From an uncultured Polynucleobacter sp. (lineage in GTDB: Bacteria; Pseudomonadota; Gammaproteobacteria; Burkholderiales; Burkholderiaceae), in NCBI GenBank assembly GCA_937863045.1, contig CALMBU010000013.1:22054-46053 (forward strand): a DNA stretch of 24,000 nt, in the 5' to 3' direction. The notes under the pieces were generated by a model, which worked only from the letters and a program-made list of their open reading frames with translations, searched no databases and was not told the DNA's origin. How positions within the stretch are numbered: position 1 is the stretch's first letter; every line of letters starts with the position of its first letter. Below, piece by piece: positions 1 to 10,487 of this stretch. The position numbers and the translations under genes are program-made.

Positions 1-839
1 ATCATCGCAACAATGCCAAAGATAAAAGCTGGCTTCGTGCGTTTTCTTCTCTCGCTCATCATGATGATGGGCGCCATACAAGCAAAAGAAATGAATACCG
101 CAGGTAAATAAAGATGCCAATGGGAGACCAAAGGTAAATCAGCCTTCACCAATAATCTTGGCAAGGTCAAAAACAGTGCAATTTGAGCTGCATGCAAGGC
201 AAACACCCCAAAGTTCAATCTCAATAAATCAGCATTAAAGAAAACATCAGAAAACTTGGCCGTGAATGGAGTGCTCGACTTGTCTTGTTGTGGCACCACA
301 AACAAGGCCAAGAAAATGGCGCCCACCCCTAAAACAGCCATCAAATAGAACATGCCATCCAAACCAATGGATTCATGGAGAGGAGAAGCCAAAACCAAAG
401 ATATGGCAAATGTCAGAGCAATGCTGCCGCCGACCATGGCCATCGCTCTTGTGCGTGTTTCTTCCTTGGTTAAATCAGCCAACCATGCGGTCACTGCTGC
501 AGAAACAGCGCCAGCACCCTGAATCGCTCGTCCCACAATGATCCACATCAAATCATCCTGGCTACCGGCAATAACAGCGCCCAGCACAAATAACAAAAGT
601 CCAGCCACGACGACTGGTCTACGGCCATACCTATCAGAAAGCATTCCCAAGGGGATGTGTAGGCATGCCTGAACCAGGCCATAAACCCCCAAAGCCAATC
701 CCACTAAAAGGGCCTGATCTCCGCCTGGCAAGCCTTTGGCGTGCATGCTGAAGACTGGCAGGATCAAAAAAAGCCCCAACATGCGTAAAGCAAAAATGCC
801 GGCTAAAGCCAAAGATGCGCGAAGTTCTGTTTTTTCCAT
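1..839 (-). CDS. MFS transporter, N-terminal part; the gene runs off the window at position 1
   Basis: Absent from the ORF track because no stop lies in the window. A reverse-strand ATG at 839..837 opens a frame that I followed by hand to position 1: MEKTELRASLALAGIFALRMLGLFLILPVFSMHAKGLPGG...HIPLGMLSDRYGRRPVVVAG... It carries the MFS loop 2-3 signature G-x-L-S-D-R-x-G-R-R and is hydrophobic throughout. The + ORF 266..541 is its antisense shadow. Confidence 0.8.
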   Translation of the reverse strand, partial: MEKTELRASLALAGIFALRMLGLFLILPVFSMHAKGLPGGDQALLVGLALGVYGLVQACLHIPLGMLSDRYGRRPVVVAGLLLFVLGAVIAGSQDDLMWIIVGRAIQGAGAVSAAVTAWLADLTKEETRTRAMAMVGGSIALTFAISLVLASPLHESIGLDGMFYLMAVLGVGAIFLALFVVPQQDKSSTPFTAKFSDVFFNADLLRLNFGVFALHAAQIALFLTLPRLLVKADLPLVSHWHLYLPAVFISFACMAPIIMMSERRKRTKPAFIFGIVAM

Positions 840-878
840 AAAGAAAGGCTATATTAACTGGTTACGCAGAGAAAAATC

Positions 879-3734
879 ATGGATACGATAAAAATCAGAG
901 GTGCTCGCACCCACAACCTTAAAAATATCAATCTCGATATTCCCAGGAACCAATTGGTTGTCTTAACTGGCCTTTCTGGATCGGGTAAAAGTTCTTTGGC
1001 TTTCGATACGCTTTACGCCGAAGGACAACGACGCTACGTAGAATCTTTATCTGCCTACGCCCGTCAATTTTTACAGTTGATGGAAAAGCCGGATGTTGAC
1101 TCTATCGAAGGTTTATCTCCTGCCATTTCTATTGAGCAAAAAGCCACCAGTCACAATCCACGCTCCACCGTTGGTACTGTCACTGAAATACATGATTATT
1201 TACGTTTGCTTTTTGCGCGTGCCGGCACACCGCACTGTCCCGAACATCAATTACCTCTAGAAGCTCAAAGTGTCTCGCAAATGGTTGATGCGGTGATGTC
1301 AATGCCTGAAGACACGAAGCTAATGATCTTGGCGCCCGTTGTGAGCGAAAGAAAAGGCGAGCACGTCGATCTATTTGAAGACTTACAAGCACAAGGTTTT
1401 GTACGTTTTAGAATTCGCTCGGGTGGCGGCACCGCTTTGCACAACAAAGCAAAAATTTATGAAGTTGATGAATTACCAAAGCTAGTAAAAAACGAAAAGC
1501 ACACCATTGATGTGGTCGTCGACCGAATCAAGATAAAAGCAGATATCCAACAGCGCTTAGCAGAATCATTTGAAACAGCCCTGCGCTTGGCCGATGGCAG
1601 AGCCATTGCACTTGAAATGGACACAGAAAAAGAGCAACTGTTTTCGAGCAAGTTTGCTTGCCCAATTTGCTCTTACTCATTACAGGAATTAGAGCCGCGC
1701 TTATTTTCATTCAACAACCCAATGGGTGCTTGCCCCAGTTGCGACGGCTTGGGTCACATCAGCTTTTTTGATCCTAAGCGTGTGGTGGCTCATCCCGAAC
1801 TGTCTCTTGCCTCAGGCGCCATCAAAGGATGGGACCGCCGCAATCAGTTCTACTTTAGATTGCTACAGAATCTTGCCAAGCATGCCAAGTTTGATTTAGA
1901 GGCACCGTTTGAAGAATTACCAAAGAAAGCTCAGGAACTACTGCTGTTTGGATCTAACAATCAAGACATTCCATTTGAGTATTTAAATGAAAAAGGCAAG
2001 GTCGTTATTCGCGAACATGCCTTCGAAGGCATTGTGGCTAACTTCGAGCGACGCTACAGAGAAACCGACTCACCAACAGTGAGAGAAGAGCTCGCAAAAT
2101 ATCAAAACAACAAACCCTGCCCAAGTTGCGAAGGCACGCGCTTAAGAACTGAAGCCAGAAACGTCAAAGTGGGTGACGGCAAACAAGCGCGTGCGATTTA
2201 TGAGGTCAGCAACTTACCTTTGGGCCAAGCGCGCGACTACTTCCTTTCTCTTGAATTAAAAGGTGCCAAAAAAGAAATTGCTGGGAAAATCATTTCTGAA
2301 ATCGGTGCGCGCTTAAGCTTTCTCAATGATGTTGGTTTGAATTATTTATCTTTGGATAGAAGTGCAGACACCCTGTCAGGTGGAGAAGCACAGCGCATTC
2401 GCTTGGCTTCACAGATTGGTTCAGGTTTGACAGGCGTGATGTACGTCTTAGATGAACCGTCGATTGGTCTTCATCAACGCGACAACGATCGACTGATTGG
2501 CACACTCAAGCATCTCCGAGATTTAGGTAACTCAGTGTTGGTGGTAGAGCACGATGAGGACATGATCAGAGCCTCTGACCATGTGATTGATATTGGCCCA
2601 GGGGCTGGAGAGCACGGCGGAAAGATCATTGCAGAAGGCACTCCAAAAGAAATTGAAAATAATTCTAATTCTTTAACAGGTGCTTACCTTTCAGGCAAAG
2701 AAGCCATTCAGGTGCCTAAAAATAGAACTCCGGTGGGAGAGCATTCTCTAAAGATCTTGGGTGCTACAGGAAACAACCTTAAAAATGTCGATGTTGAAAT
2801 CCCGCTGGGATTATTGACTTGCGTGACCGGCGTGTCTGGTTCAGGTAAATCTACCTTGATCAACGACACCCTTCACCACGCTGTTGCTCAGCACCTCTAT
2901 GGATCAAATGCAGAGCCTGCACAGCACAAGGAAATCATTGGCCTTGAGCACTTCGATAAGGTGATCAACGTTGATCAATCTCCGATTGGCAGAACACCAA
3001 GATCAAATCCTGCAACTTATACCGGTCTCTTCACACCGATTAGAGAATTATTCGCTGGCGTGCCAGCCGCTCGTGAGCGTGGCTACGAAGCCGGTAGATT
3101 CTCTTTTAACGTCAAAGGTGGTCGTTGCGAAACTTGTGAAGGCGATGGCGTCTTAAAAGTTGAAATGCACTTCTTGCCTGATGTTTATGTTCCTTGCGAT
3201 GTGTGTCACGGTAAACGTTACAACCGCGAAACTTTAGATATTCGCTACAAGGGTAAAAACATTCACGAAGTTTTATCGATGACCATTGAGCAGGCCCATG
3301 AATTCTTTGAGGCAGTACCAACGGTCAAACGAAAACTTAAAACTTTGCTTGATGTTGGCTTGGGTTACGTGAAACTGGGGCAAAGTGCCACCACCCTATC
3401 CGGAGGTGAAGCTCAGCGCGTGAAGCTATCCTTGGAACTTTCTAAACGAGATACCGGTAGAACTCTGTATATCTTGGATGAACCCACCACTGGTCTTCAT
3501 TTCCACGATATTCAGCTTTTACTCAAAGTTATTCATACACTGAAAAAGCATGGCAACACCATTGTTATCATTGAACATAATCTAGATGTCATCAAGACGG
3601 CTGACTGGATCATTGATTTAGGCCCAGAGGGTGGCGGTGGCGGTGGCGAAATCATTGCGGTTGGGACCCCAGAAAAAGTTGCTAAAGTAGCAAAAAGCTA
3701 CACTGGTAAATACCTGGCCCCCTTATTGAAATAA
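879..3734 (+). CDS. uvrA: Excinuclease ABC subunit A (UvrA)
   Basis: 951-aa ORF with two ABC ATPase modules (Walker [10 protein letters not shown] and GVSGSGKST; signature LSGGEAQR twice). CxxC zinc-finger pairs are present ([25 protein letters not shown]...CDVCHG). N-terminus [17 protein letters not shown] is typical of UvrA. Confidence 0.97.
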   Translation: MDTIKIRGARTHNLKNINLDIPRNQLVVLTGLSGSGKSSLAFDTLYAEGQRRYVESLSAYARQFLQLMEKPDVDSIEGLSPAISIEQKATSHNPRSTVGTVTEIHDYLRLLFARAGTPHCPEHQLPLEAQSVSQMVDAVMSMPEDTKLMILAPVVSERKGEHVDLFEDLQAQGFVRFRIRSGGGTALHNKAKIYEVDELPKLVKNEKHTIDVVVDRIKIKADIQQRLAESFETALRLADGRAIALEMDTEKEQLFSSKFACPICSYSLQELEPRLFSFNNPMGACPSCDGLGHISFFDPKRVVAHPELSLASGAIKGWDRRNQFYFRLLQNLAKHAKFDLEAPFEELPKKAQELLLFGSNNQDIPFEYLNEKGKVVIREHAFEGIVANFERRYRETDSPTVREELAKYQNNKPCPSCEGTRLRTEARNVKVGDGKQARAIYEVSNLPLGQARDYFLSLELKGAKKEIAGKIISEIGARLSFLNDVGLNYLSLDRSADTLSGGEAQRIRLASQIGSGLTGVMYVLDEPSIGLHQRDNDRLIGTLKHLRDLGNSVLVVEHDEDMIRASDHVIDIGPGAGEHGGKIIAEGTPKEIENNSNSLTGAYLSGKEAIQVPKNRTPVGEHSLKILGATGNNLKNVDVEIPLGLLTCVTGVSGSGKSTLINDTLHHAVAQHLYGSNAEPAQHKEIIGLEHFDKVINVDQSPIGRTPRSNPATYTGLFTPIRELFAGVPAARERGYEAGRFSFNVKGGRCETCEGDGVLKVEMHFLPDVYVPCDVCHGKRYNRETLDIRYKGKNIHEVLSMTIEQAHEFFEAVPTVKRKLKTLLDVGLGYVKLGQSATTLSGGEAQRVKLSLELSKRDTGRTLYILDEPTTGLHFHDIQLLLKVIHTLKKHGNTIVIIEHNLDVIKTADWIIDLGPEGGGGGGEIIAVGTPEKVAKVAKSYTGKYLAPLLK

Positions 3735-3757
3735 GCCTAAAGACATATACTCTAGTC

Positions 3758-4759
3758 ATGACTCATCAAACTTCTGCACAAAACCAGCGAGCCATTGATT
3801 TGGCTAGAGAAACTTTGGCCATTGAAGCTGAAGCCATTTTGACTCTGCAAAAAAATCTCACTCAAAAAAATGCTGAGAAATTTGCCTACGCCATTGAATT
3901 ACTTTTGGCCTGCAAGGGTCGCATTGTGGTTTCTGGAATTGGTAAATCTGGTCATATCGGCAGAAAAATTGCAGCGACTTTCGCCTCAACTGGTTCACCT
4001 GCCTTTTTTGTTCATCCAGCTGAAGCCAGTCATGGTGATTTAGGCATGGTCACTCAACATGATGTCTTTGTGGCATTTTCAAATTCTGGTGAAACCAGTG
4101 AGCTGACTGCGATTGTTCCTATCATTAAAAGAACTGGCGCAAAACTGATTGCTCTCACAGGTAATCCAGAATCATCATTGGCATCTCTGGCAGATTCGCA
4201 CATCGATGTATCGGTTGAAAAAGAAGCCTGCCCCCTCAACTTAGCGCCAACAGCAAGCACCACTGCTGCATTGGCCATGGGCGATGCTTTAGCAGTTGCG
4301 TTACTTGATGCCAGAGGCTTTAAGCCTGAAGACTTTGCACGCTCACATCCCGGTGGTAATTTAGGAAGAAAATTACTCACCCATGTTCGTGATGTGATGA
4401 GAGGTGGTGCAGAGGCCCCACGCACAAACATCAAAGCGAGTATCACGGATGCTTTACTAGAAATCACCTCTAAGCGCATGGGTATGACCGTGGTGGTGGA
4501 TGACTCGAAAAAAGTTGTTGGCATCTTCACAGACGGTGATTTGCGTCGCCTGATTGAAAAGAATATTCAGTTTCAAGGGACCGCCTTAAAAGACGCCATG
4601 ACCCCAAATCCAAGAACTATTTCCCCCGATCTTTTGGCAGCTGAAGCTGTTGAAATGATGGAGCGTCATCGCATCAATCAACTGGTGGTTGTTGATGCAG
4701 AAGGAGTTCTTTTGGGCGCCCTCAATCTTCATGATCTTTTTGCAGCACAGGTTATTTAA
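3758..4759 (+). CDS. kdsD: Arabinose-5-phosphate isomerase (KdsD; SIS + tandem CBS domains)
   Basis: SIS motif VVSGIGKSGHIGRKIAATFASTGSPAFFVHPAEASHGDLG, then a CBS pair at the C-terminus. It sits directly upstream of kdsC-lptCAB. Confidence 0.93.
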   Translation: MTHQTSAQNQRAIDLARETLAIEAEAILTLQKNLTQKNAEKFAYAIELLLACKGRIVVSGIGKSGHIGRKIAATFASTGSPAFFVHPAEASHGDLGMVTQHDVFVAFSNSGETSELTAIVPIIKRTGAKLIALTGNPESSLASLADSHIDVSVEKEACPLNLAPTASTTAALAMGDALAVALLDARGFKPEDFARSHPGGNLGRKLLTHVRDVMRGGAEAPRTNIKASITDALLEITSKRMGMTVVVDDSKKVVGIFTDGDLRRLIEKNIQFQGTALKDAMTPNPRTISPDLLAAEAVEMMERHRINQLVVVDAEGVLLGALNLHDLFAAQVI

Positions 4760-4760
4760 T

Positions 4761-5330
4761 ATGTCGAACGCATTTAGTCCAATGGTCACCAACCCATACA
4801 CAGAACACCCTCAAGCACTTGATCGGGCCAGCAAAGTCAAGCTTCTAGTTCTAGATGTTGACGGTGTTTTAACTGATGGCAGTTTATTGATTGGCCAAGA
4901 TGGTAAAGAAGCTCTCAAGATTTTTGACAGTCTGGATGGTCACGGCATCAAACTACTTCAATCGACAGGTGTGATTGTTGCGATCATCACTGGACGCAAT
5001 TCTCCAATGGTCGAAGGTCGTGCAAAAGAGCTCGGCATCAAGCATGTGCAAATGGGCGTATCTGAAAAATTCAAAGCCCTGCAAATTTTATTGGCGCAAA
5101 CCAAGCTAACGCTTGCAGATTGCGCAGCCATGGGTGACGATTGGCCAGATTTATCTGTTCTACCAAAAGTTCATTTTGCGGCTTGCCCTACCCAAGCCCA
5201 TGAAGAAGTCAAAAAACGTGTTCACTTTGTGACTAAGCGCTCAGGCGGTGCCGGAGCGGTTCGTGAAGTTTGCGACTTGATCTTGGTCGCTCAAGATAAC
5301 TATCAGCGCCTACTTCAAGAGTCTTTATAA
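4761..5330 (+). CDS. kdsC: 3-deoxy-D-manno-octulosonate 8-phosphate phosphatase (KdsC, HAD family)
   Basis: HAD motif I LVLDVDGVLTDG and motif GDDWPD. I place the start at ATG 4761, one nt after the kdsD stop. The ORF-track start 4689 would overlap kdsD by 71 nt. Confidence 0.9.
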   Translation: MSNAFSPMVTNPYTEHPQALDRASKVKLLVLDVDGVLTDGSLLIGQDGKEALKIFDSLDGHGIKLLQSTGVIVAIITGRNSPMVEGRAKELGIKHVQMGVSEKFKALQILLAQTKLTLADCAAMGDDWPDLSVLPKVHFAACPTQAHEEVKKRVHFVTKRSGGAGAVREVCDLILVAQDNYQRLLQESL

Positions 5331-5332
5331 CC

Positions 5333-5944
5333 ATGGGAATCATGGCCCAGCTTTTAAAATTCTTGCCAATGCTATTGATGGCAGTTTTGACTCTGGGCAC
5401 CTATTGGATGGTTCAAATGAATGAACCTAACCTGAATACAGAAAAACAAAAGCGACATGTTCCCGACTACATCATGGAAGGTGTTGTCGTTACCACCCTG
5501 GGCCCTGAAGGCAATACAAAATTTCGCGTCGTTGGTCAAAAACTGATTCGCTATGAAGACGATGCCAGCTCTGAGATAGATTGGCCAATTGCCAGAAGAT
5601 TTCATGAAAGCAAGCCTCCTATCACTGTTAAATCAGATAAGGGCTTCATGGATGGCGATATGACCATATTAGACTTGGTTGGCAATGCAAGCCTTACGCG
5701 CCCCGCTCAAGCAGCAACCGCAACCCAAGCTGGCAGCGCAAGGTTATTGATGACCTCAAGCAAATTCACGGTTCTGATGAATGAGGACATTGTTAAAACA
5801 AATCGTCCTGTGAATTTAGAGCAAGGCTTGTCGATCATGACTTCTCAAGAGGGTGCCATTTTTGATAATGTTAATCAAAAGCTAACCATGATTGGTCAGG
5901 TCAGGGGGCGCATTGAATCAGAATCTAAAGGCGATACGCCGTGA
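5333..5944 (+). CDS. lptC: LPS export protein LptC (start 5333 or ATG 5342)
   Basis: One N-terminal TM helix (LKFLPMLLMAVLTLGTYWMV) followed by a periplasmic domain of about 170 aa. The gene lies between kdsC and lptA. Sequence recognition alone is weak, so the call rests largely on the conserved kdsC-lptC-lptA-lptB order. Confidence 0.78.
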   Translation: MGIMAQLLKFLPMLLMAVLTLGTYWMVQMNEPNLNTEKQKRHVPDYIMEGVVVTTLGPEGNTKFRVVGQKLIRYEDDASSEIDWPIARRFHESKPPITVKSDKGFMDGDMTILDLVGNASLTRPAQAATATQAGSARLLMTSSKFTVLMNEDIVKTNRPVNLEQGLSIMTSQEGAIFDNVNQKLTMIGQVRGRIESESKGDTP

Positions 5945-6489
5945 GGTTTCGTTTAGCCAATTTTTTCTTTTGTTTAAGTGTCGTCTTTGGACTTGGACTC
6001 TTCACAGTTTCGGTGCATGCGGAGAGAGCTGATAAAGATAAGCCAATTGCCCTAAGTTCAGATAAAGCTCAATTTGATGACGTCAAACAGATTTACTACC
6101 TTGAGCGCAATGTTCTTTTGATCAAAGGCTCGTTGATCATCAAAGGTGAAAAAGCCGAAGTTAAAATTGATCCTGAGGGCTACCAATATGTCACCATCTT
6201 TGCTAAGTCTGGCCAGTTAGCCAGCCTGCGACAAAAAAGGGATACTGGATTTAATGACTTTATCGAAGGCTTTGCCGAGTTTATTGAATATGATGGCAAA
6301 ACAGATATCGCCATCCTTCACAAGCAGGCCAGAATGAACCAAATCTCTGGTACTAGGGTCACGGACCAATTGCATGGCGACAAAATTCATTATGATGGAA
6401 ACACTGAAAAATATAATGTTGTTTCTAAAGCATCTGTGAAATCAACCTTATCACCGCGAAGAAAAGAATTAACAGGACCTTCAAAATAA
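5941..6489 (+). CDS. lptA: LPS transport periplasmic protein LptA (OstA-like)
   Basis: GTG start overlaps the lptC stop (GTGA). Signal peptide [29 protein letters not shown]. The size and the position immediately before lptB (TAATG overlap) fit LptA. Confidence 0.85.
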   Translation: MRFRLANFFFCLSVVFGLGLFTVSVHAERADKDKPIALSSDKAQFDDVKQIYYLERNVLLIKGSLIIKGEKAEVKIDPEGYQYVTIFAKSGQLASLRQKRDTGFNDFIEGFAEFIEYDGKTDIAILHKQARMNQISGTRVTDQLHGDKIHYDGNTEKYNVVSKASVKSTLSPRRKELTGPSK

Positions 6490-7238
6490 TGAGCTCTCAC
6501 CAATCCACCCTATCTGCTAACGGCCTCCAAAAAAAATATGGCTCAAGAACAGTTGTTACTGAGGTGGGCGTTGAAGTAAAGAGTGGTGAAGTCGTTGGTT
6601 TATTAGGTCCCAATGGTGCGGGCAAAACAACATCCTTTTACATGATTGTTGGCCTTGTACCTCTCGATGGCGGCGAAATCAGTCTCAATGGTCAAGACAT
6701 CACTCATTTACCGATTCATGAACGGGCCAAACTGGGCTTATCTTATTTACCTCAAGAAGCTTCTGTATTTAGAAAGCTGACCGTTGAAGAAAATATTCAA
6801 GCTGTTCTAGAGCTTCAAGAAGAAAATGGTAAACCCCTATCCAAAAAAGAAATTCGAAGCAGATTAGATTCACTGCTACAAGAATTACAAATTTCTCATT
6901 TGCGCAGTAATCCTGCAATGTCATTGTCAGGCGGCGAACGCAGAAGAGTTGAAATTGCCAGAGCTTTGGCCTCACAGCCAAAATTCATTTTGCTTGATGA
7001 GCCTTTTGCTGGCGTTGATCCGATTGCGGTTGGTGAAATTCAAAGAATTGTGAGATTTTTAAAAGATCGTCAAATTGGCGTTCTCATCACTGACCACAAT
7101 GTTCGAGAAACTTTGGGTATTTGTGATCACGCCTACATCATCAGCGAAGGTAAAGTGTTGGCCGCTGGCAAACCATCTGAGATCATCGATAACGAAGCTG
7201 TTAGAAAAGTCTATCTCGGCGAAAACTTCCGGATGTGA
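6489..7238 (+). CDS. lptB: LPS export ABC transporter ATP-binding protein LptB
   Basis: Walker [10 protein letters not shown], signature [15 protein letters not shown], Walker B ILLDEP, H-loop TDHNV. Located just upstream of rpoN. Confidence 0.95.
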   Translation: MSSHQSTLSANGLQKKYGSRTVVTEVGVEVKSGEVVGLLGPNGAGKTTSFYMIVGLVPLDGGEISLNGQDITHLPIHERAKLGLSYLPQEASVFRKLTVEENIQAVLELQEENGKPLSKKEIRSRLDSLLQELQISHLRSNPAMSLSGGERRRVEIARALASQPKFILLDEPFAGVDPIAVGEIQRIVRFLKDRQIGVLITDHNVRETLGICDHAYIISEGKVLAAGKPSEIIDNEAVRKVYLGENFRM

Positions 7239-7272
7239 TTTTTAAAGCAAAAAACGTACCAATATAGCAATG

Positions 7273-7290
7273 ACGGTCTAGAATGACCGT
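7273..7290 (+). promoter_or_regulatory. Short palindrome ACGGTC-TAGAAT-GACCGT 3 nt upstream of the rpoN ATG; the loop is a -10-like hexamer
   Basis: Read directly: 6-bp arms at 7273..7278 and 7285..7290, with loop TAGAAT at 7279..7284. No Shine-Dalgarno lies between it and ATG 7294. Function is unknown. Confidence 0.25.
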
Positions 7291-7293
7291 ATC

Positions 7294-8670
7294 ATGAAAG
7301 CATCTCTTCAGCTCAGATTCTCACAAAATCTAGCCTTAACGCCTCAGTTGCAGCAATCCATCAAGCTCTTGCAGCTCTCGGCGATGGAGCTTGAGCAAGA
7401 ACTGATTCAGGCGGCTGAGCAAAATCCACTCATCAACTATGAATCAGAAGCCAGCCTTGCAGAGAAAGAACCCTTAGAAAACTTCTCACATCGCAGCCTT
7501 GGTGGATCAAAGAACAATCAATTCAGCGATGAAGATGATGATCGTTTATCAAGAATTAGCTTGCCGGAATCTCTGCTCGATTCTTTGATTGCTCAAATCA
7601 AGCTGCTTCGCATCAATCCTGAAGAAAAGGCCTTAATGGGCTTTATCGCTGGGAACCTAAATGAACATGGCTACTTAGATACTGATTTAGAGGAATTGGC
7701 GGAGGAACTGCTGCCGCACATGGATCCAGAAGATGGCAGCGCTCACGAGCAAGTCAAAAGAGCCTTGGTCAGATTACAGCAACTAGAACCAGCAGGTGTT
7801 GGTGCAAGAGACCTAGCAGAATGCCTTCGCTTGCAATTGGAAAACTTTCACGCCAACAATAAGTTAACCGTGGCCTGGAAAATCGCTCACAAGATATGCA
7901 GTGACTATCTTGATATTTTGGCTAATAAGGATTGGGCCAGAATTAAAAAGCTCTTGAAAGCCGATGATGAAGACCTTCAAGATGGCATTCAATTAATCAA
8001 AACTCTAAAACATAACCCCGCATCAGAATTTGACACTCATGTTGATTCAACCCTGATTCCCGATGTCATCGTTAAAAACCACAAAGGGCAGTGGACGGTC
8101 ACCCTCAACCCTGCCGCCACCCCCAAAATAAGCCTTCACGAAGAATATGCAAAAGTGATCAAAGATAATCGTGGCAAGGAAGGCATGGATGGCTTGCAAC
8201 AAAAACTGCAAGAGGCTAGATGGTTGGTTAAAAATGTGCTACAAAGAAGTGACACCATCTTAAAAGTTGCAAAAGCAATCGTGGATAGACAGCAAAACTT
8301 CTTCAATCATGGGCCGATCGCTATGCGACCATTGGTTTTGAGGGAAATTGCAGACACGATTGGCATGCATGAATCCACAGTCTCTCGCGTCACCACGCAA
8401 AAATACATGGCCACGCCTGCTGGCTGTTTTGAGTTCAAGTACTTTTTTGGCAGCCAAATATCGACTGATACTGGCGGCTCCGTATCTTCAACAGCCATCA
8501 GAACATTGATCAAGCAAGCCGTTACCGAAGAAAACAAAGAAAAACCGCTCTCAGACACTCAAATCGTCGACCTACTGGCTTCAAAAGGATTTGTGGTGGC
8601 TAGACGAACAATTGCTAAATACAGGGAATCTCTGCGCATCCCTGCCGTTCATTTGCGTAGAAAACAATAG
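7294..8670 (+). CDS. rpoN: RNA polymerase sigma-54 factor (RpoN)
   Basis: Gln/Leu-rich region I (LQLRFSQNLALTPQLQQSIKLLQLS), an acidic region II, and the C-terminal HTH and RpoN box (ARRTIAKYRESLRIP). Confidence 0.96.
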   Translation: MKASLQLRFSQNLALTPQLQQSIKLLQLSAMELEQELIQAAEQNPLINYESEASLAEKEPLENFSHRSLGGSKNNQFSDEDDDRLSRISLPESLLDSLIAQIKLLRINPEEKALMGFIAGNLNEHGYLDTDLEELAEELLPHMDPEDGSAHEQVKRALVRLQQLEPAGVGARDLAECLRLQLENFHANNKLTVAWKIAHKICSDYLDILANKDWARIKKLLKADDEDLQDGIQLIKTLKHNPASEFDTHVDSTLIPDVIVKNHKGQWTVTLNPAATPKISLHEEYAKVIKDNRGKEGMDGLQQKLQEARWLVKNVLQRSDTILKVAKAIVDRQQNFFNHGPIAMRPLVLREIADTIGMHESTVSRVTTQKYMATPAGCFEFKYFFGSQISTDTGGSVSSTAIRTLIKQAVTEENKEKPLSDTQIVDLLASKGFVVARRTIAKYRESLRIPAVHLRRKQ

Positions 8671-8680
8671 GGAGCATTAG

Positions 8681-9007
8681 ATGAATATAAAAATCTTGGG
8701 TCATCACGTCGAAATTACCCCTGGGATGCGCTCGCACCTAGAAGATAAATTAAAAAAAATTAGTGCTCATTTTGACCAAGTACAGAGCATGACGGTCACT
8801 TTGTCTATTAATAATGAAAAAGAGAAGGATTTAAGAAATCACGCCGAAATCACGCTTCACCTAAAGGGCAAAGACCTCTTTGCCGAGGCCCACAATGGCG
8901 ATATGTATCACGCCATGGACTTGGTCGTAGACAAACTTGATAGGCAAGTGATCAAACATAAAGAAAAAGTTCAAGATCACCACCATCAAACCATGAAAAA
9001 CACTTGA
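8681..9007 (+). CDS. hpf: Ribosome hibernation promoting factor / sigma-54 modulation protein (short HPF)
   Basis: 108-aa ORF (MNIKILGHHVEITPGMRSHLEDKLKKI...) of the YfiA/HPF family. GGGAG Shine-Dalgarno upstream. Canonical position after rpoN. Confidence 0.9.
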   Translation: MNIKILGHHVEITPGMRSHLEDKLKKISAHFDQVQSMTVTLSINNEKEKDLRNHAEITLHLKGKDLFAEAHNGDMYHAMDLVVDKLDRQVIKHKEKVQDHHHQTMKNT

Positions 9008-9045
9008 TTAAATAGGCCAAGGCAATCTTATAATGCACTGCACAC

Positions 9046-9498
9046 ATGAACGCCTTGGCCCAACTCATCACCCCCAACAATATCTCTTTAGATATTGAAG
9101 TTTCTTCACGTGATGAGTTGTTTGCATTCATAGCGCAACTCTTTGAAAAAAATCACGGCATCCCAGCAGATTCAGTCAAAATTTGTTTAGAGGAGCGTGA
9201 AGCTTTAGGTTCCACCGCCTTGGGTAACGGCATCGCCATTCCTCATGGCAGAGTGAAGCTTCTTGAACAAGCTCATATTGGTTTTGTGCGATTAAAAGAC
9301 AGCATCAACTTTGATGCATCTGGTTCACAACCTGTTAAAGCATTGGTGATCATGCTCGTTCCTGAAGCTGCAACTCAGATACACCTCGATATCCTGGCAA
9401 AAGTAGCTCAAACTATTTCAGATAAAAATAATAAAAACATTCTCCTTACAGAGCCCAGTGCTGATAATATTTATCAATTACTGACCGCCTGGAATTAA
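9046..9498 (+). CDS. ptsN: Nitrogen-related PTS IIA component (PtsN, EIIA-Ntr)
   Basis: 150-aa PTS EIIA type-2 fold with the phosphorylatable His motif [10 protein letters not shown]. Lies in the rpoN-hpf-ptsN context. Confidence 0.9.
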   Translation: MNALAQLITPNNISLDIEVSSRDELFAFIAQLFEKNHGIPADSVKICLEEREALGSTALGNGIAIPHGRVKLLEQAHIGFVRLKDSINFDASGSQPVKALVIMLVPEAATQIHLDILAKVAQTISDKNNKNILLTEPSADNIYQLLTAWN

Positions 9499-9502
9499 TC
9501 AA

Positions 9503-10486
9503 ATGACCCAGCCACTCAATTTAGCCAGCGTCACCGCACAGACGCTCTTTGATGACAATATTTCTGAGTTGAAATTAAGCTGGATTGCAGGTCTTGAAGG
9601 CGCGGATAACAGCTTCAGCTCCGAAGCAGTCAAGCTTGCGTCTTCATCATCAGATCTTGTTGGCCACCTGAATCTTATTCACCCAGACCGCATGCAGGTT
9701 TTTGGTGTTCCAGAAATCAATTATTACGAAAAATTAGATCCTGAAAATCGTAAGCGTGAACTTGCCGGATTGATATCTTTAAAGCCACCATGCTTGATTG
9801 TTGCTGACGGCTGCGAGCCACATGATGACTTGGTGCTTTATTGCCAAAGATCCTCAACACCTTTGTTTAAATCAAGCACCTCAGCCGCAGAAGTGATTGA
9901 CCGTTTGCGTTTGTACCTGACCAAGGTTGGTGCACCACGCGTCACCATGCACGGTGTTTTCATGGACATCTTGGGTATGGGCGTTTTGATCATGGGCGAT
10001 TCAGGCTTAGGTAAAAGTGAATTGGGCTTAGAGCTTATTTCAAGAGGTCATGGCTTGGTGGCTGATGATGCTGTCGACTTCGCCAGACTAGGTCCTGATT
10101 ACATCGAGGGTCGTTGCCCACCAATCTTAAGAGACCTTTTAGAGGTGCGTGGCCTTGGGCTTTTAGATATCCGCACCATCTTCGGCGAAACAGCCGTTCG
10201 ACGCAGAATGAAGTTAAGACTAATTGTTCAGTTGGTTCGAAGAAATGATGGTGAGTTTGAAAGATTGCCGATTGATGGTCAATCAATTGATGTTCTTGGT
10301 CTTGGCATTCGCAGTGTGAAAATTCAGGTGGCAGCTGGTCGAAACTTAGCTGTTCTGGTTGAAGCAGCTGTGCGCAACACCATCTTGCAGTTACGTGGCA
10401 TTGACACATTAAAAGAATTCATGGAGCGTCAACGTCAGCTAATGGCATCCGAAGACGCCAACAAAAATCAAAGTCGCCTTATTTAA
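9503..10486 (+). CDS. hprK: HPr kinase/phosphorylase
   Basis: P-loop [15 protein letters not shown] and the downstream signature [16 protein letters not shown]. Order ptsN-hprK-rapZ is as in other betaproteobacteria. Confidence 0.93.
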   Translation: MTQPLNLASVTAQTLFDDNISELKLSWIAGLEGADNSFSSEAVKLASSSSDLVGHLNLIHPDRMQVFGVPEINYYEKLDPENRKRELAGLISLKPPCLIVADGCEPHDDLVLYCQRSSTPLFKSSTSAAEVIDRLRLYLTKVGAPRVTMHGVFMDILGMGVLIMGDSGLGKSELGLELISRGHGLVADDAVDFARLGPDYIEGRCPPILRDLLEVRGLGLLDIRTIFGETAVRRRMKLRLIVQLVRRNDGEFERLPIDGQSIDVLGLGIRSVKIQVAAGRNLAVLVEAAVRNTILQLRGIDTLKEFMERQRQLMASEDANKNQSRLI

Positions 10487-10487
10487 T

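Noticed and set aside
266-541. 91-aa + strand ORF from the track
   Set aside because: It lies entirely antisense to the well-supported MFS transporter frame (1..839, -). Its sequence is Pro/Arg/Trp/Cys-rich with no recognisable motifs, which is typical of a shadow ORF.
840-878. Looked for a LexA/SOS box (CTG-N10-CAG type) upstream of uvrA
   Set aside because: Only CTGGTTACGCAG (CTG-N6-CAG) is present. The spacing is wrong and the flanks do not match, so I cannot call an SOS box.
3630-3647. Tandem (GGTGGC)x3 repeat
   Set aside because: It encodes the glycine run of the conserved UvrA C-terminal motif [11 protein letters not shown]. It is a coding feature, not a structural repeat or a slippage-prone regulatory tract of note.
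4054-4530. 158-aa minus-strand ORF, the longest unexplained ORF in the track
   Set aside because: It is fully embedded antisense in kdsD. It is Ser/Ala/Thr-rich and low in complexity, with no start context or motifs, so it is an antisense shadow of a strongly supported gene.
4689-4760. N-terminal extension of the kdsC ORF (track start 4689)
   Set aside because: It would overlap kdsD by 71 nt and adds a non-conserved, hydrophobic 24-aa leader. ATG 4761, directly after the kdsD stop, gives a normal-length KdsC.
10035-10409. 124-aa minus-strand ORF
   Set aside because: It lies antisense inside hprK and has an implausible composition (many Cys, His, Gln). Shadow ORF.
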